From an uncultured Thermoleophilia bacterium (GTDB taxonomy: Bacteria; Actinomycetota; Thermoleophilia; UBA2241), in contig CAVQSP010000011.1 of NCBI GenBank assembly GCA_963715985.1, positions 1-64,000 on the forward strand: a DNA stretch of 64,000 nt, given 5' to 3'. This document shows, piece by piece, positions 53,488 to 63,238 of this stretch. Each line of letters starts with the position of its first letter. The first letter of the stretch is position 1. The notes beneath the pieces were generated by a model, which did not search any database, was not told the origin of the DNA, and worked only from the letters and a program-made list of their open reading frames with translations. The translations under genes were made by a program, and so were the position numbers.

Positions 53488-54936
53488 TTAGCGTGCCGCC
53501 GCCTGCCGAGCGTCCGGCACGGCGACGTCCTCCGGCATTGTCACCGGTACATCGACGAAGGGCAGCGCCGGCAGCGCCCACTGCGAGTCCTCCGTGGGCA
53601 CGGCGCAGCCCGCGGCCTCACGGCCGCTGCCGAGGGACACGGTGAGTGGTCCCATCGTCGCCGAGGGCTGGTAGAGCGCAACGGTGTCGGCCGCGGTGAC
53701 GGACGCGTTCTGGAACCCGACCTGCCCGCCGTCAGGCGTCCGCAGCACGAGCCCCCCCACGGCGCCCGGACGGAGCGCTCCCCCGCCACAGTCGAAACGC
53801 AGCGTCACGGTCCCCGCGCCGTCGTAGGAGGCTTCGAGGAGCGTCGGCCCCGACGGCACGTCCAGGTGCTCCACCCCGGCGAGGATTGCGGCAGCCCATC
53901 GGCGCGCCGCCTCGTCCAGCTCCGACGGCAGTGTGAAGTGCACGCGGCCGTGCAGGTCGACGTCGTACAGCACCGGGCCGGGCACGACCTCGCCCTGCGT
54001 CCACACGTCCTGCTGGGCGAGCCGGATGCGGTTCACGCTTTCGGCCTCATACCGCATGTCGAAGTCGCCGATCTGCGCAGCCACCAGCGGCGCCCCGCAG
54101 TCCTGTTCCACCTGCGCGGCGAGAAGGCGGAGCGCCCCTTCGTAGTCCTCACGTGGCAGACCCGTGCGCGCGTCGGCCTCACCCTGCCAGAACAGTACGG
54201 CGCGCACGGTGCCGCCCACGGCACGGATGCGCCTCATCATCGAGCCGTACAGTGAGGCGCGCGAGTATGACCTGCGTGCGTCCCTGAGCCAGCTGAAGAT
54301 GCTCGTCGTACCGCGCGCGCAGGGCACGAACGCCACCGGCACCGGGTCTGCCGCCACCAGGCGGGTGGCCACCAGCGGCCACACCGATCCGGCGGCGTGG
54401 ACATCGAGGCTCACCTTGTCGACCTGCCCGGCGGGCGAGTCGACGGGGTCGCGCAGATCCTTCCAGCGGTCGTCGTTGCCGAACAGGCCGGCGCGCAGCA
54501 GCGGCGCGGAGTACCGGCTCGGCTGCCAGCCACGGCCGCTGGCGTTGCTCTGGCCCGCGACGACGAAGATGTCACCGACGCCCACGTAGGGGATCCAGCG
54601 GGAGACAGAGGGCCGAGCCGCGGAGCGCACCTCCAGGGTGGCCTGGCCGCCCGGGCAGTCGCGCAGACGGACGGCGAAGGAGCCGTCGCCCGACACTCCG
54701 CCGGTGGACCAGGATCCGCCGGCCCAGCGCGCCTGCACGCGGCCGCCCAGACCTCTGCTCACCCCACGGACGACGATGTCGGCACGGCCGTCGGCGCCCC
54801 GCTGGACGACCTGGAAGGCCTGCGGCGAGGTGACGCGCAAGGCGGGTGCAGAGGCCTCGGCCGGGCAGGTCACGAGCGCCGCGAGAGCGGCCGCCACGAC
54901 GAGACCTGCCAGAGCTGTGAGGACACGGTAGCGCAT
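53488..54936 (-). CDS. Secreted sialate O-acetylesterase-like (SASA/CE6) protein
   Basis: GQSNA, WQGEAD, VHF; signal peptide. Confidence 0.82.
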   Translation of the reverse strand: MRYRVLTALAGLVVAAALAALVTCPAEASAPALRVTSPQAFQVVQRGADGRADIVVRGVSRGLGGRVQARWAGGSWSTGGVSGDGSFAVRLRDCPGGQATLEVRSAARPSVSRWIPYVGVGDIFVVAGQSNASGRGWQPSRYSAPLLRAGLFGNDDRWKDLRDPVDSPAGQVDKVSLDVHAAGSVWPLVATRLVAADPVPVAFVPCARGTTSIFSWLRDARRSYSRASLYGSMMRRIRAVGGTVRAVLFWQGEADARTGLPREDYEGALRLLAAQVEQDCGAPLVAAQIGDFDMRYEAESVNRIRLAQQDVWTQGEVVPGPVLYDVDLHGRVHFTLPSELDEAARRWAAAILAGVEHLDVPSGPTLLEASYDGAGTVTLRFDCGGGALRPGAVGGLVLRTPDGGQVGFQNASVTAADTVALYQPSATMGPLTVSLGSGREAAGCAVPTEDSQWALPALPFVDVPVTMPEDVAVPDARQAAAR

Positions 54937-54986
54937 GAGCTTCCTTCGGAGACCCCTCTTTCGGCGGCGGCGCCGTGTCATCCTGC

Positions 54987-55062
54987 TGGAGCCGGCGGGC
55001 GGGGTCGAACCGCCGACCTGCCGCTTACAAGGCGGCTGCTCTGCCAACTGAGCTACGCCGGC
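54987..55062 (-). tRNA. tRNA-Thr(TGT)
   Basis: GCCGGCG-TAGCTCAGTTGGCAGAGC...CCGC-CTTGTAA-GCGG...GGTTCGACCCC...CCA. Confidence 0.96.
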
Positions 55063-55145
55063 CCGGCGCACACGGTACACGCGCCTCCAGTGTACAGAAG
55101 CCGTGTGCCGGTCTCGAACCGCGGCCGCGCGGCTATACTCGATAC

Positions 55146-56339
55146 ATGGCGCGCAAACCCCTCTCCGGCGATCTCGGCGGCCCCCGCGGGTGGGGCGCAG
55201 GTTCGCTGGCGCTGGCCGCGCTCCTGGCCGCGGCGGCTGCCCTCGCCGTGATGCTGCTGCCCGGCCACGAGCGGCCCGCGCCCGTCACCACGCCCGTACG
55301 GACGCACGCGGCGCCGCACGTGCGCGCCTGGTCCGCCGTGGTCATGGACCCGGCCACCGGCGTCATCCTCTACGCGAAGGCGCCCGACCGGCGCCTGCCC
55401 ATGGCGTCGCTCACCAAGATCATGACCGCGAGCCTCGTGCTCGAGCGGATGCAGGACCTGGAGGCATACGTCACCGTCCCGGCCACCGCCATCGGGCAGC
55501 CGGGCGCCAAGCTGGGCCTCAGCGCCGGCGACCAGATCACGGTGCGCCAGCTGCTGTTGGGACTCATGGTGAGGAGCGCCACCGACTGCGCCATCACCCT
55601 GGCGACGGCCGTGGCCGGCGACGAGACGCACTTCGTCCAGCTCATGAACCGGCGCGCGGCCGCGCTTGGCCTCGCCAACACCCACTTCGTCAACGCCTCG
55701 GGCGTCAACGTGCGCGGCCACTACTCCAGCGCGCGCGACCTCTCCACCCTCACCCGCACGGCCGTGCGCGACCCGCGCTTCCGCCTGCTCGCGCGGCGGG
55801 TGTGGGCCACGGTCACGTGGCCGCCGGCGCACGAGGTGCGCCTGCATTCGCACAACAGGCTGAACGAGCTCTACGACTGGGTGGACGGCGTCAAGACCGG
55901 CTTCACCGAGGGCACCGGCGCCTGCCTCGTGGCGACCGGCAAGTATGGGGCGCGGCGCCTCATCGTCACCACGCTGCACCAGCCCTCGCGCGACCAGGAG
56001 GTGCGCGACGCGCTCAGGCTCTTCGCGTACGGCGCGTCGCGCTTCGCACGCAAGCGCATCGTGCGGGCCGGCGAGCGCGTCGGCGAGCTGCCTCTCGAGA
56101 TCGGCGGACGAGCCGCGGCGCTCACCGCCGGGGCCGGGCTGGCCCGCGTGGTGCGCAAGGGCGCCCCCGTGACCACGCGCCTCAGCGTCCCGGGGACGCT
56201 CCAGGCGGCGCCGGCAAGGGACGAGGTGGTCGGCTACGCCACGTTCTGGTCCGACGGCGTGCTGCTGGGATCGGTCCCGGTGCGTGCCGAGGCGGCCCAG
56301 GCGGTGTCGCTCAGCGCGACGCCGCCCGCGACGCCGTGA
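55146..56339 (+). CDS. D-alanyl-D-alanine carboxypeptidase (peptidase S11)
   Basis: ASLTKIMT (SxxK) and GVKTGFT; SAT in place of SxN. Confidence 0.88.
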   Translation: MARKPLSGDLGGPRGWGAGSLALAALLAAAAALAVMLLPGHERPAPVTTPVRTHAAPHVRAWSAVVMDPATGVILYAKAPDRRLPMASLTKIMTASLVLERMQDLEAYVTVPATAIGQPGAKLGLSAGDQITVRQLLLGLMVRSATDCAITLATAVAGDETHFVQLMNRRAAALGLANTHFVNASGVNVRGHYSSARDLSTLTRTAVRDPRFRLLARRVWATVTWPPAHEVRLHSHNRLNELYDWVDGVKTGFTEGTGACLVATGKYGARRLIVTTLHQPSRDQEVRDALRLFAYGASRFARKRIVRAGERVGELPLEIGGRAAALTAGAGLARVVRKGAPVTTRLSVPGTLQAAPARDEVVGYATFWSDGVLLGSVPVRAEAAQAVSLSATPPATP

Positions 56340-57714
56340 CCTCGCGAAAGCGCTGGACGGAGTTGATCGGGATGTCGAGCAGCTCCGCTATGTGCACCTT
56401 TGCCTCCAGCCCGAGCGGCTCGCCCACGTAGGTGACCTCGCCGGCCTCGGTCATGGACCCGAGTCCGCGCTCCTTGCGCACCTCGAGCATGACGACCGGA
56501 TCGCTGAGGTCGTCCTCGGACACTCCGAGCCGCCCGGCTACATAGGCCTTGGCCTCGGTGAGTCGCATCCCCCGGGTCATCTGCATCCGCGCCACCAGGT
56601 CTCCGGCGGTGCGGACGCCTCCCATGCCCGAGGCGACGACGTGGCTCACGGCCTGGCCGTAGACGTCGCCGGCGCCTACCTACAAGCCGTCCAGCCGCAG
56701 CAGGTCCACGGCGGCGCGCGAGGCCCGCGACGTCGCGTCTCCCGGCGGCAGGATGTGCATGGGCACGCCCCCCACCCCCATGCCGCCGTTGAGGTGGACG
56801 GGGATGGTGGCCTGCTCGCAGCACGGCTTGCAGATCGCGATCGTGCGCGCCACGTTCCAGGCCACCGACTTGCCGGTGTTCACGTTGATCGCCGGCCCGT
56901 AGATGGTGGCGCCGGCCTTGGCCGCCAGCTTCATCTGCTCGAGGGGCCAGAGACCGGCCAGCCGCACGCCCTCGTACTCGAGCTCGCCGTGCATGCCGAG
57001 CACGAACTCGCTGGCCATGCCGATCTGGATGCCCAGATCGGGGTGCCGTGCGCGGATGCGCTCGATAGCCACGAGGGCCGCCAGGAAGTCGGCGTCGCCG
57101 GCGGCCCCCGACGTGTCCAGGTCGATGAAGTCGGCGCCCGCCTCGGCGAGGCCGTCCGCCACGTACACGATGTCGGCGGCGGCCTGCTCCACGGCCGCTT
57201 CCTGCGCCTCCCGCGCCTCGGCGTACCTGCCGAGCGGCAGCAACTGGGCCCAGTTGGGCAACGGCCCATCCGGCACCGTGTACAGACCCAGGTCCGGCAT
57301 GGCGCCGTACCCGCACGGCGTGGTGAGCAGGTACTGCGCCTGCCGCATGATCGTCTGCTCGTAGGGAACGACGGCCTTGGCAGGCTTGAACGAGTAGTCC
57401 TGATGGTAGAGCTCGACCGAGTCGGCGCAGAGGAACTGCTCGTAGTACTGCAGGTCGTGCACGCGCGTGCCGATGTCGTGGGCTCCGCTGCCGTCGTAGG
57501 TGAGGACGACCTCGTCGCCGATGTCCACGGCGCTGAAACGAGCCGCCGACGCGAAGATGTCCACCAGGTGCAGGATCTCATCGTCGGTGAGCGGCGGCAC
57601 TTTGGCGCGCTTCACCGCCGCCTCCACCCCGGCCCGCACCTCCTGCTCGATCTCCGCCCGGGTCATGCGCACCAGCGACCCGTCGCCCATGCGCGTCGGG
57701 ATGGATCGGTCCAC
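56311..57714 (-). CDS. mtbB: MtbB paralog 4; in-frame TAG at 56682..56680 (predicted Pyl345)
   Basis: [36 protein letters not shown]. Confidence 0.92.
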
Positions 57715-57925
57715 AGGTCTCCCCCTGCTCACTCGTCACGAAGGCCGGCGGCGTCCGCCGCCGGCCCCTTCCACCATGCGCAGCAGAGCGTACAGGGGCG
57801 TTCCGCCGCTGTCATCGTGCCATCGTTCGGCAAACTTAGCGGGCACGGCGGCGGCGAACATGGATGAAGCGCGGATGCCCGGCCGGGCTCGCCCGCCCTC
57901 GACGGCATGCGGCCGGCTGCGGCCG

Positions 57926-58480
57926 TCAGCGCGCGAGGGCCTTGCCGGCTTCGTAGGCGCGGATCTTCAGCTCTGCATCGCGTTCCGCACGCTCGGGGTC
58001 GTTCGCGCCCGTGCACACGATGTGGTCCACCAGCTCGAACCCGAACGACGGGAAGACCGCCGCCGTGTACTCGAAGTAGGAGTCGTAGGTGTGCTCGTCG
58101 TCCATGCCGTGCGAGTACACCGTGATCATCTTCTTCACACCGAATCTGGGCCTCCCTTGGAGGTCCATCAGCGGGAAGAACCTGTCGTACAGGTTCTTGA
58201 CGGGACCGGTCATCTGCATCATGTAGATCGGCGAGCCGATCACGACCGCGTCCGCCGACTTCACCTTCTGCAACGCTTCGTGGAGCTCGTCGTTGATGAC
58301 GCAGTCGTCCTTCATGCGACAGGCGAAGCAGCTCTGGCAGGCCATGAACTTCATCTTGAACAGCGTGTAGAACTTGACCTCCGCCCCGGCGTCTCGTGCA
58401 CCCTGGGCGATGAGGTCCAGGAGCGTCACGGTATTGCCGTCCCTGCGAGGACTGCCGTTGAACACGACGATTTCCTTCAT
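57926..58480 (-). CDS. Iron-sulfur flavoprotein / flavodoxin family
   Basis: GSPRRDGNT, CQSCFAC.....C, GSPIY. Confidence 0.9.
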   Translation of the reverse strand: MKEIVVFNGSPRRDGNTVTLLDLIAQGARDAGAEVKFYTLFKMKFMACQSCFACRMKDDCVINDELHEALQKVKSADAVVIGSPIYMMQMTGPVKNLYDRFFPLMDLQGRPRFGVKKMITVYSHGMDDEHTYDSYFEYTAAVFPSFGFELVDHIVCTGANDPERAERDAELKIRAYEAGKALAR

Positions 58481-58599
58481 CGTCTGGAGCTGCCTTTCCG
58501 CGAGCTGCCGTGGCGGTCCGCAACGCACTGAGGAGGAGAGGGAGGGCCCGAAAGGCCCTCCCTCTTCCGGCTGCTTCTTGAGGGGACCCGGTGCCGAGA

Positions 58600-59481
58600 C
58601 TACAGCTCGATGAACCCCAGGTTCTGAGACTCGTTGTCGATGCAGACCGCGGTCGAGTACTTTCTGCCGTCCGCGTCCACCTCGAGCACGTACTCGCCGT
58701 TCTCCAGCCCGTCGAACTTGAACTCGCCGAAGAAGTTGGTGGTCCGGGTCGCGAGCGTCGATGAGTCGTGGCAATCGGCGACACCGGCGCCGGAGAGGTT
58801 GCAGACGATGCCGCCCTCCTTCGAGTGCAGCGTGACGGTGGCGCCCTCGCAGCAGTCCCCGTCGACCAGCACGCCCGCCGTGACGAAGTTCTTGGTGAAC
58901 CTGTAGAGGTTCTTGTAGAGCGTGCGCGGCTTGGTACCCAGCTCAGGCAGATAGGCCTCGAGATCCTCGGCCTCGATCATCCTCTGCATCTCCTCCGGCT
59001 CGACGAGGTAGGTGGCCATGGCCTCGGTCGGGCAGGAATGCGTGCAGCGAGTGGTGTGCGGCGTCCAGCTCGGATCGTCGATCAAGTGGGCGCAGAAGAT
59101 GCACTTCTGCGCGATGTCGGCCTCTTCGTTCCACCAGATGGCGCCGTAGGGGCAGGAGTCGACCAGGGCCTTGTCGCCCTTGGCCTTCACCATGTCGATC
59201 ATCACGATGCCGTCGGGACGACGAGTGATCGCGCCGTTCGACGCCTCCATGCACGGCGCGTTCTCGCACTGCTGACACGGCACCGGGAGATACGCCACGT
59301 CGTTGCGGGCGTACTGCCCGCGCTCGCGCCGCAGGATGTCCACCCAACGGTGGCCGTGACGGGGCTGGGCGGCGGTGTAGCCGGGCCAATCGTTGCCGAC
59401 GAACTCGTCCTTGTCGGCCATAAAGCAGTTGTTGCAGTCGTGGCACTTGGCCACGTCGATGACTTTGTACCATTGCTTCAC
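58600..59481 (-). CDS. bthL: Pyrogallol-phloroglucinol transhydroxylase beta (Fe-S) subunit
   Basis: IDVAKCHDCNNCFM..KDE, CQQCENAPC, CPYG, CIFCAH, C-terminal TNFFGEFKFD.L domain. Confidence 0.88.
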   Translation of the reverse strand: MKQWYKVIDVAKCHDCNNCFMADKDEFVGNDWPGYTAAQPRHGHRWVDILRRERGQYARNDVAYLPVPCQQCENAPCMEASNGAITRRPDGIVMIDMVKAKGDKALVDSCPYGAIWWNEEADIAQKCIFCAHLIDDPSWTPHTTRCTHSCPTEAMATYLVEPEEMQRMIEAEDLEAYLPELGTKPRTLYKNLYRFTKNFVTAGVLVDGDCCEGATVTLHSKEGGIVCNLSGAGVADCHDSSTLATRTTNFFGEFKFDGLENGEYVLEVDADGRKYSTAVCIDNESQNLGFIEL

Positions 59482-59527
59482 GTCGCTGACTCCTTCTCAG
59501 TCGTGCACGAGCGGACGGTGTCCTGGC

Positions 59528-62129
59528 TCACTCGGTCTCGTAGGTGCCGCCGTCCCACTTCTCGACCTCGATCTGCGCGGTGTTGGGAGCCATGCCCGAG
59601 GCGTACTTGGACATGTAGCGATCGGGCGAGAGGATGTTCATGCAGCCGCCGCGATCGGCGGACTTGCCGGGCGTGCCCAGCGGGTCGTACTCGGCGCACG
59701 ACTCATAGGTGTGCACGGTGCCGGGCTGCGTACGCTCGCCCACCTGCGCGCACACGATGACGGAGCCGCGATCGTTGAAGGCGCGGACCAGGTCGCCGCT
59801 CTCGATGCCGCGGGCGGCCGCGTCGACGCGGTTGATGCGGATGATCCAGTAGTAGTGACCGTCCACCAGGACGCGATGGTCCTTGATGTCGTTCATGAAG
59901 CTGTCCTTGCCGTCACCCATGGTGTGGAAGGAGAAGCGGGGATGCGGGGACAGCATCCCGAGCGGGTACTTCTTGGCGAGCTCGCAGCGCGGACCCTCCC
60001 ACGCGGGCACGTAGGTGTGCATGGAGGGACGGTACTCGTCCACGAAGCCCTGGTCCTCGAAGTTCTTGAGGCTGGTGGCGATGAACTCGACCTTGCCGGT
60101 GCTCGTCTGCAGGCCCTTGCGGCCGACCTGGTTGTTCAGACGCGGGCCCCAGTCGGGCGTGTCCTTCTCGCGGTCCTCGGCGAACCAGCGGAGCGCCGGC
60201 GTCTTCTTGCGCTCCGGGTTGTCGGGCACGATGAAGTAGCCCTTCTCCTTGAACTCCGCGAAGGTCATGTGCTTCGGCATGTCGGTGGCGTTGTAGTACT
60301 GCTCGACCCAGGCCAGCTCGTCCTTGCCCTCCGTGAACATCGGGCCGATGCCCAGCTTCTCGGCGATCATCGCGTAGATCTCGTAGTCCGACTTGGACTC
60401 GCCGACCGGCTCGATGCACTTGGCCTGCATCGAGATCACGCGGTGGTTGCACTGGCCGTAGGTGTCGGGGATGTAGCCCGAGCAATTGGCGAACTCGGAG
60501 ATGTCCCAGCGCTCGAAGTTGGTGCAGGCCGGCAGGATGATGTCGGCGAACTGCACTTCACCCTCGAACCAGATGGACTGGCTGACGACGAACTCCAGAC
60601 TCTCGTGCGAGTACATCCTGGCGTAGCGGTTGGTCGCGGTCATGGTCCCGATCCATGGACCGCCGTACTTCCACAGCATCTTGATCTTGGGATAGCCGGG
60701 CGCCGGATACTGGTACTGGTGCATCTGATGCTGGATGTCGCCGCCGGCGAAGCCCTTGCCGGCCCACTGCGAACTTGCCGTCCATGATGCACTCGGGCAC
60801 CTTGAGGCGCGGGATGTGCTGGCCGGCCGAGGTGTTGATGTTCGACGGCGACGGGAAGGTGGTCTTGCCGTCGAACATGCGCCAGGCGAACTTGAAGCCC
60901 GCCGCCGAGTTCTCGCAGTCGCCGGAGATGCCGCCCTCGGCGTAGCCGGGGAAGTAGAAGTCGTAGTCGACGGGCGTGCCTTGCGTGGTCGACCAGATGT
61001 TGGAGCCCGGCTTGCCCATGCCCTGCATCGTGGCGAGCGCGATCATGCCGCGGGCCCACTCGATGCCGTGTGAGGCGCGGCAGGCGCCGCCCCAGCCACC
61101 GAGGCCGCCGGCGGCGAGGAAGGTGTTCTTCTTCGCCCACTCGCGGGCCAGGGCGCGGATCTCGCAGGCCGGCACGCCCGACTCCTCCTCGGCCCACTCG
61201 CAGGTCTTGGGCACGCCGTCGGTCTTGCCCAGCACGTACTCGGCCCACTCGTCGAAGCCGTGAGCGTGCGTGGCCACGTACTCCTTGTCGTAGGTGCCCT
61301 CGGTCAGCCACGTGTAGGCGATGGCGAAGGAGAGCGCGTGGTCGGTGCCGATCTTGGGAGAGAACCACTTGTCGCCGATGAGCCCGGCGGTGTGGTTGTA
61401 GAACGGGTCGATGAAGACCATCTTGACGCCGAGTTCCTTCAGCCAGTAGCGGCGGATGGTGGACTCGTGGGCGGCGTAGATGCCGGTGTTGGTCTCCGGG
61501 TCGGACGACCAGAAGACGACCATCTCGGCGTTCTGCAGGCCGTCCTCGAGCAGGTCGTACTGCTCGGGGTTGCCGAGGCGCCAGCTGAAGCCCCACATGT
61601 GCATGCCGCCCCAGTGCCAGCCTTCCCAGCTGTCGGGGTTATGGTCGGCGTAGGTGAAGCCCATCATGTTCATGAAGCGGAAGTACGTGCTGTGGCGGTA
61701 GCCCACGTTGCCCCACATGTGGTGGGAGCTGGGGCTGGAGAGGATCGCCGCGGGACCGGCCTCGCGCTTCACGCGATCGATCTCGTTGACCACGATGTCG
61801 GTGGCCTCGTCCCAGGAGATCGGCTCGTAGCCGGAGATGCCGCGGTTCTGGATGTTGCGCTCGCCGTTGGGATCGAAGTCCACGCGCTTCATCGGGGTCT
61901 TGATCCGCCTGTCCGAGTAGATCATGGACTTGAAGCCGGCCGTGTACACCGAATACGTCGTCTTGCGCGGGGGAGCGAAGGTCCTGCCCCTCGCTTCGAT
62001 CTTCCAGGACGGCGCGTCGACCTCGTCGTCGAGATCCATGGGGGTGATGCGGACGATCTTGCCGTCCTTCACGTAGACGAAGACCGGCCCACCGGTCGAG
62101 GAATTCGTCAGGCGGACTGTTTCTCCCAT
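59528..62129 (-). CDS. athL: Pyrogallol-phloroglucinol transhydroxylase alpha (Mo-bisMGD) subunit (frameshift near 60770)
   Basis: MGE.VRLTNSSTGGPVFVYVKDGKI, SSHHMWGNVGYRHS, HNPDSWEGWHWG, ANCSGY resemble the Pelobacter acidigallici enzyme as recalled. Confidence 0.9.
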
Positions 62130-62432
62130 CGAGGCATCTCCTTCGTTCTGCAGGCGTTTGACCTGGGTCCGACAGCTGCCCAGGCCTCGTTGAGACTCCT
62201 GCCGTCGGCAGGACGCGCGCCATGAGCGGACGGACGGGGGATCCGGCCGAAGTCCGCAGGCGGGCAGTGAGACTCGTTGCTCGCCGTGACGGCGTCGAGC
62301 CGGCGGAGCGGGACGACACGGCCGTTCATGGGCACCATGCGTGCTCCACACCCGACGGCAAGGCCCGACGATGCAGGAAGGCCCGGCCACGTCGGCCGCC
62401 GGCGCTCGCTGATGAAGGCGGACATGGCCTCA

Positions 62433-62496
62433 GCTCACAATGTGGACATCATGCTCACAATGCGGACATCGTAGGTCCGCGGCATCGCCCTGTCAA
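62433..62496 (-). promoter_or_regulatory. athL promoter (TTGACA-17-TACGAT) overlapped by tandem 18-bp operator repeats
   Basis: GCTCACAATGYGGACATC at 62433..62450 and 62453..62470. Confidence 0.7.
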
Positions 62497-62720
62497 GAGT
62501 ATGCGCATGCCGTCCCGGTCGCTCCCGGCTCCACGCCACGCCTGCGCCGGCCGAAGGCGCACGTGATGCGCTTCGACCGCCCCCGAGGGCACGCGTACCG
62601 TCCGCAGCATGCAGTGTCCCTGCGTACGGCCACCCACGGGCGCTCCGTGAGCCGATCGTCGGCGCAGGTCCGGCCTGGGGAGCCCGTGGCGACCCACCGA
62701 CGACCGTTGCCGCAGAGGGT

Positions 62721-63113
62721 AGAGGCCCCGCGGGGAGACGGGGCCTCTGCAAGGGCCTTGGGGGAAGCCCTTGGCTTGGGGGGTATTTCGTTGACCGCAA
62801 GGGGGCGAGTCAAAGGATGCCCCGCCGATGTTGCGTCTCCGTGAAGCCACGCGTAGTGCGGCGCTTCCGGGATCGCCGCGCCGCAAACGCGAAGGCGCGG
62901 ATCCGGGGGTGAACTGGATCCACGCCTTCGATCTTGTGGCCTGAGGCCGGGAGCTCCCGCATTGGGGGGCGGAGGCCACTCCGACCTGCAGACCGTGGTT
63001 CGCCCGGGGCCGGGGCGAACCAAAAGAAGATAGGAGGTACCAGCTCTTGGCGCTGGCAGCGGGCTTCTCGGAGACGGGAAGCGTCGCACAACGACCCTAC
63101 GGTCGCCGTGCGA
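62721..63113. ncRNA. Candidate structured RNA: nine consecutive hairpins
   Basis: Back-to-back inverted repeats identified by eye; no convincing long CDS. Confidence 0.4.
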
Positions 63114-63238
63114 AGAAGTTGTTAACCAGATATTGAGAGATATGAAGCGCGCAGCCTGGAAGACCTGCCTTGCCGCGCAGAACTACCGGTAAGTTCACGA
63201 AGGTATTGAGCCGGACGGAGGCGTCGACGTCGACGCGG

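Noticed and set aside
37969-57714. Treating the TAG-split mtbB/mttB genes as nonsense pseudogenes or as separate small downstream genes
   Set aside because: The same codon occurs at the same alignment column in four diverged paralogs, matches the known Pyl context, and homology is intact on both sides
62130-62430. Moco riboswitch in the athL leader
   Set aside because: Plausible by context, but I could not match the consensus by eye; needs cmscan
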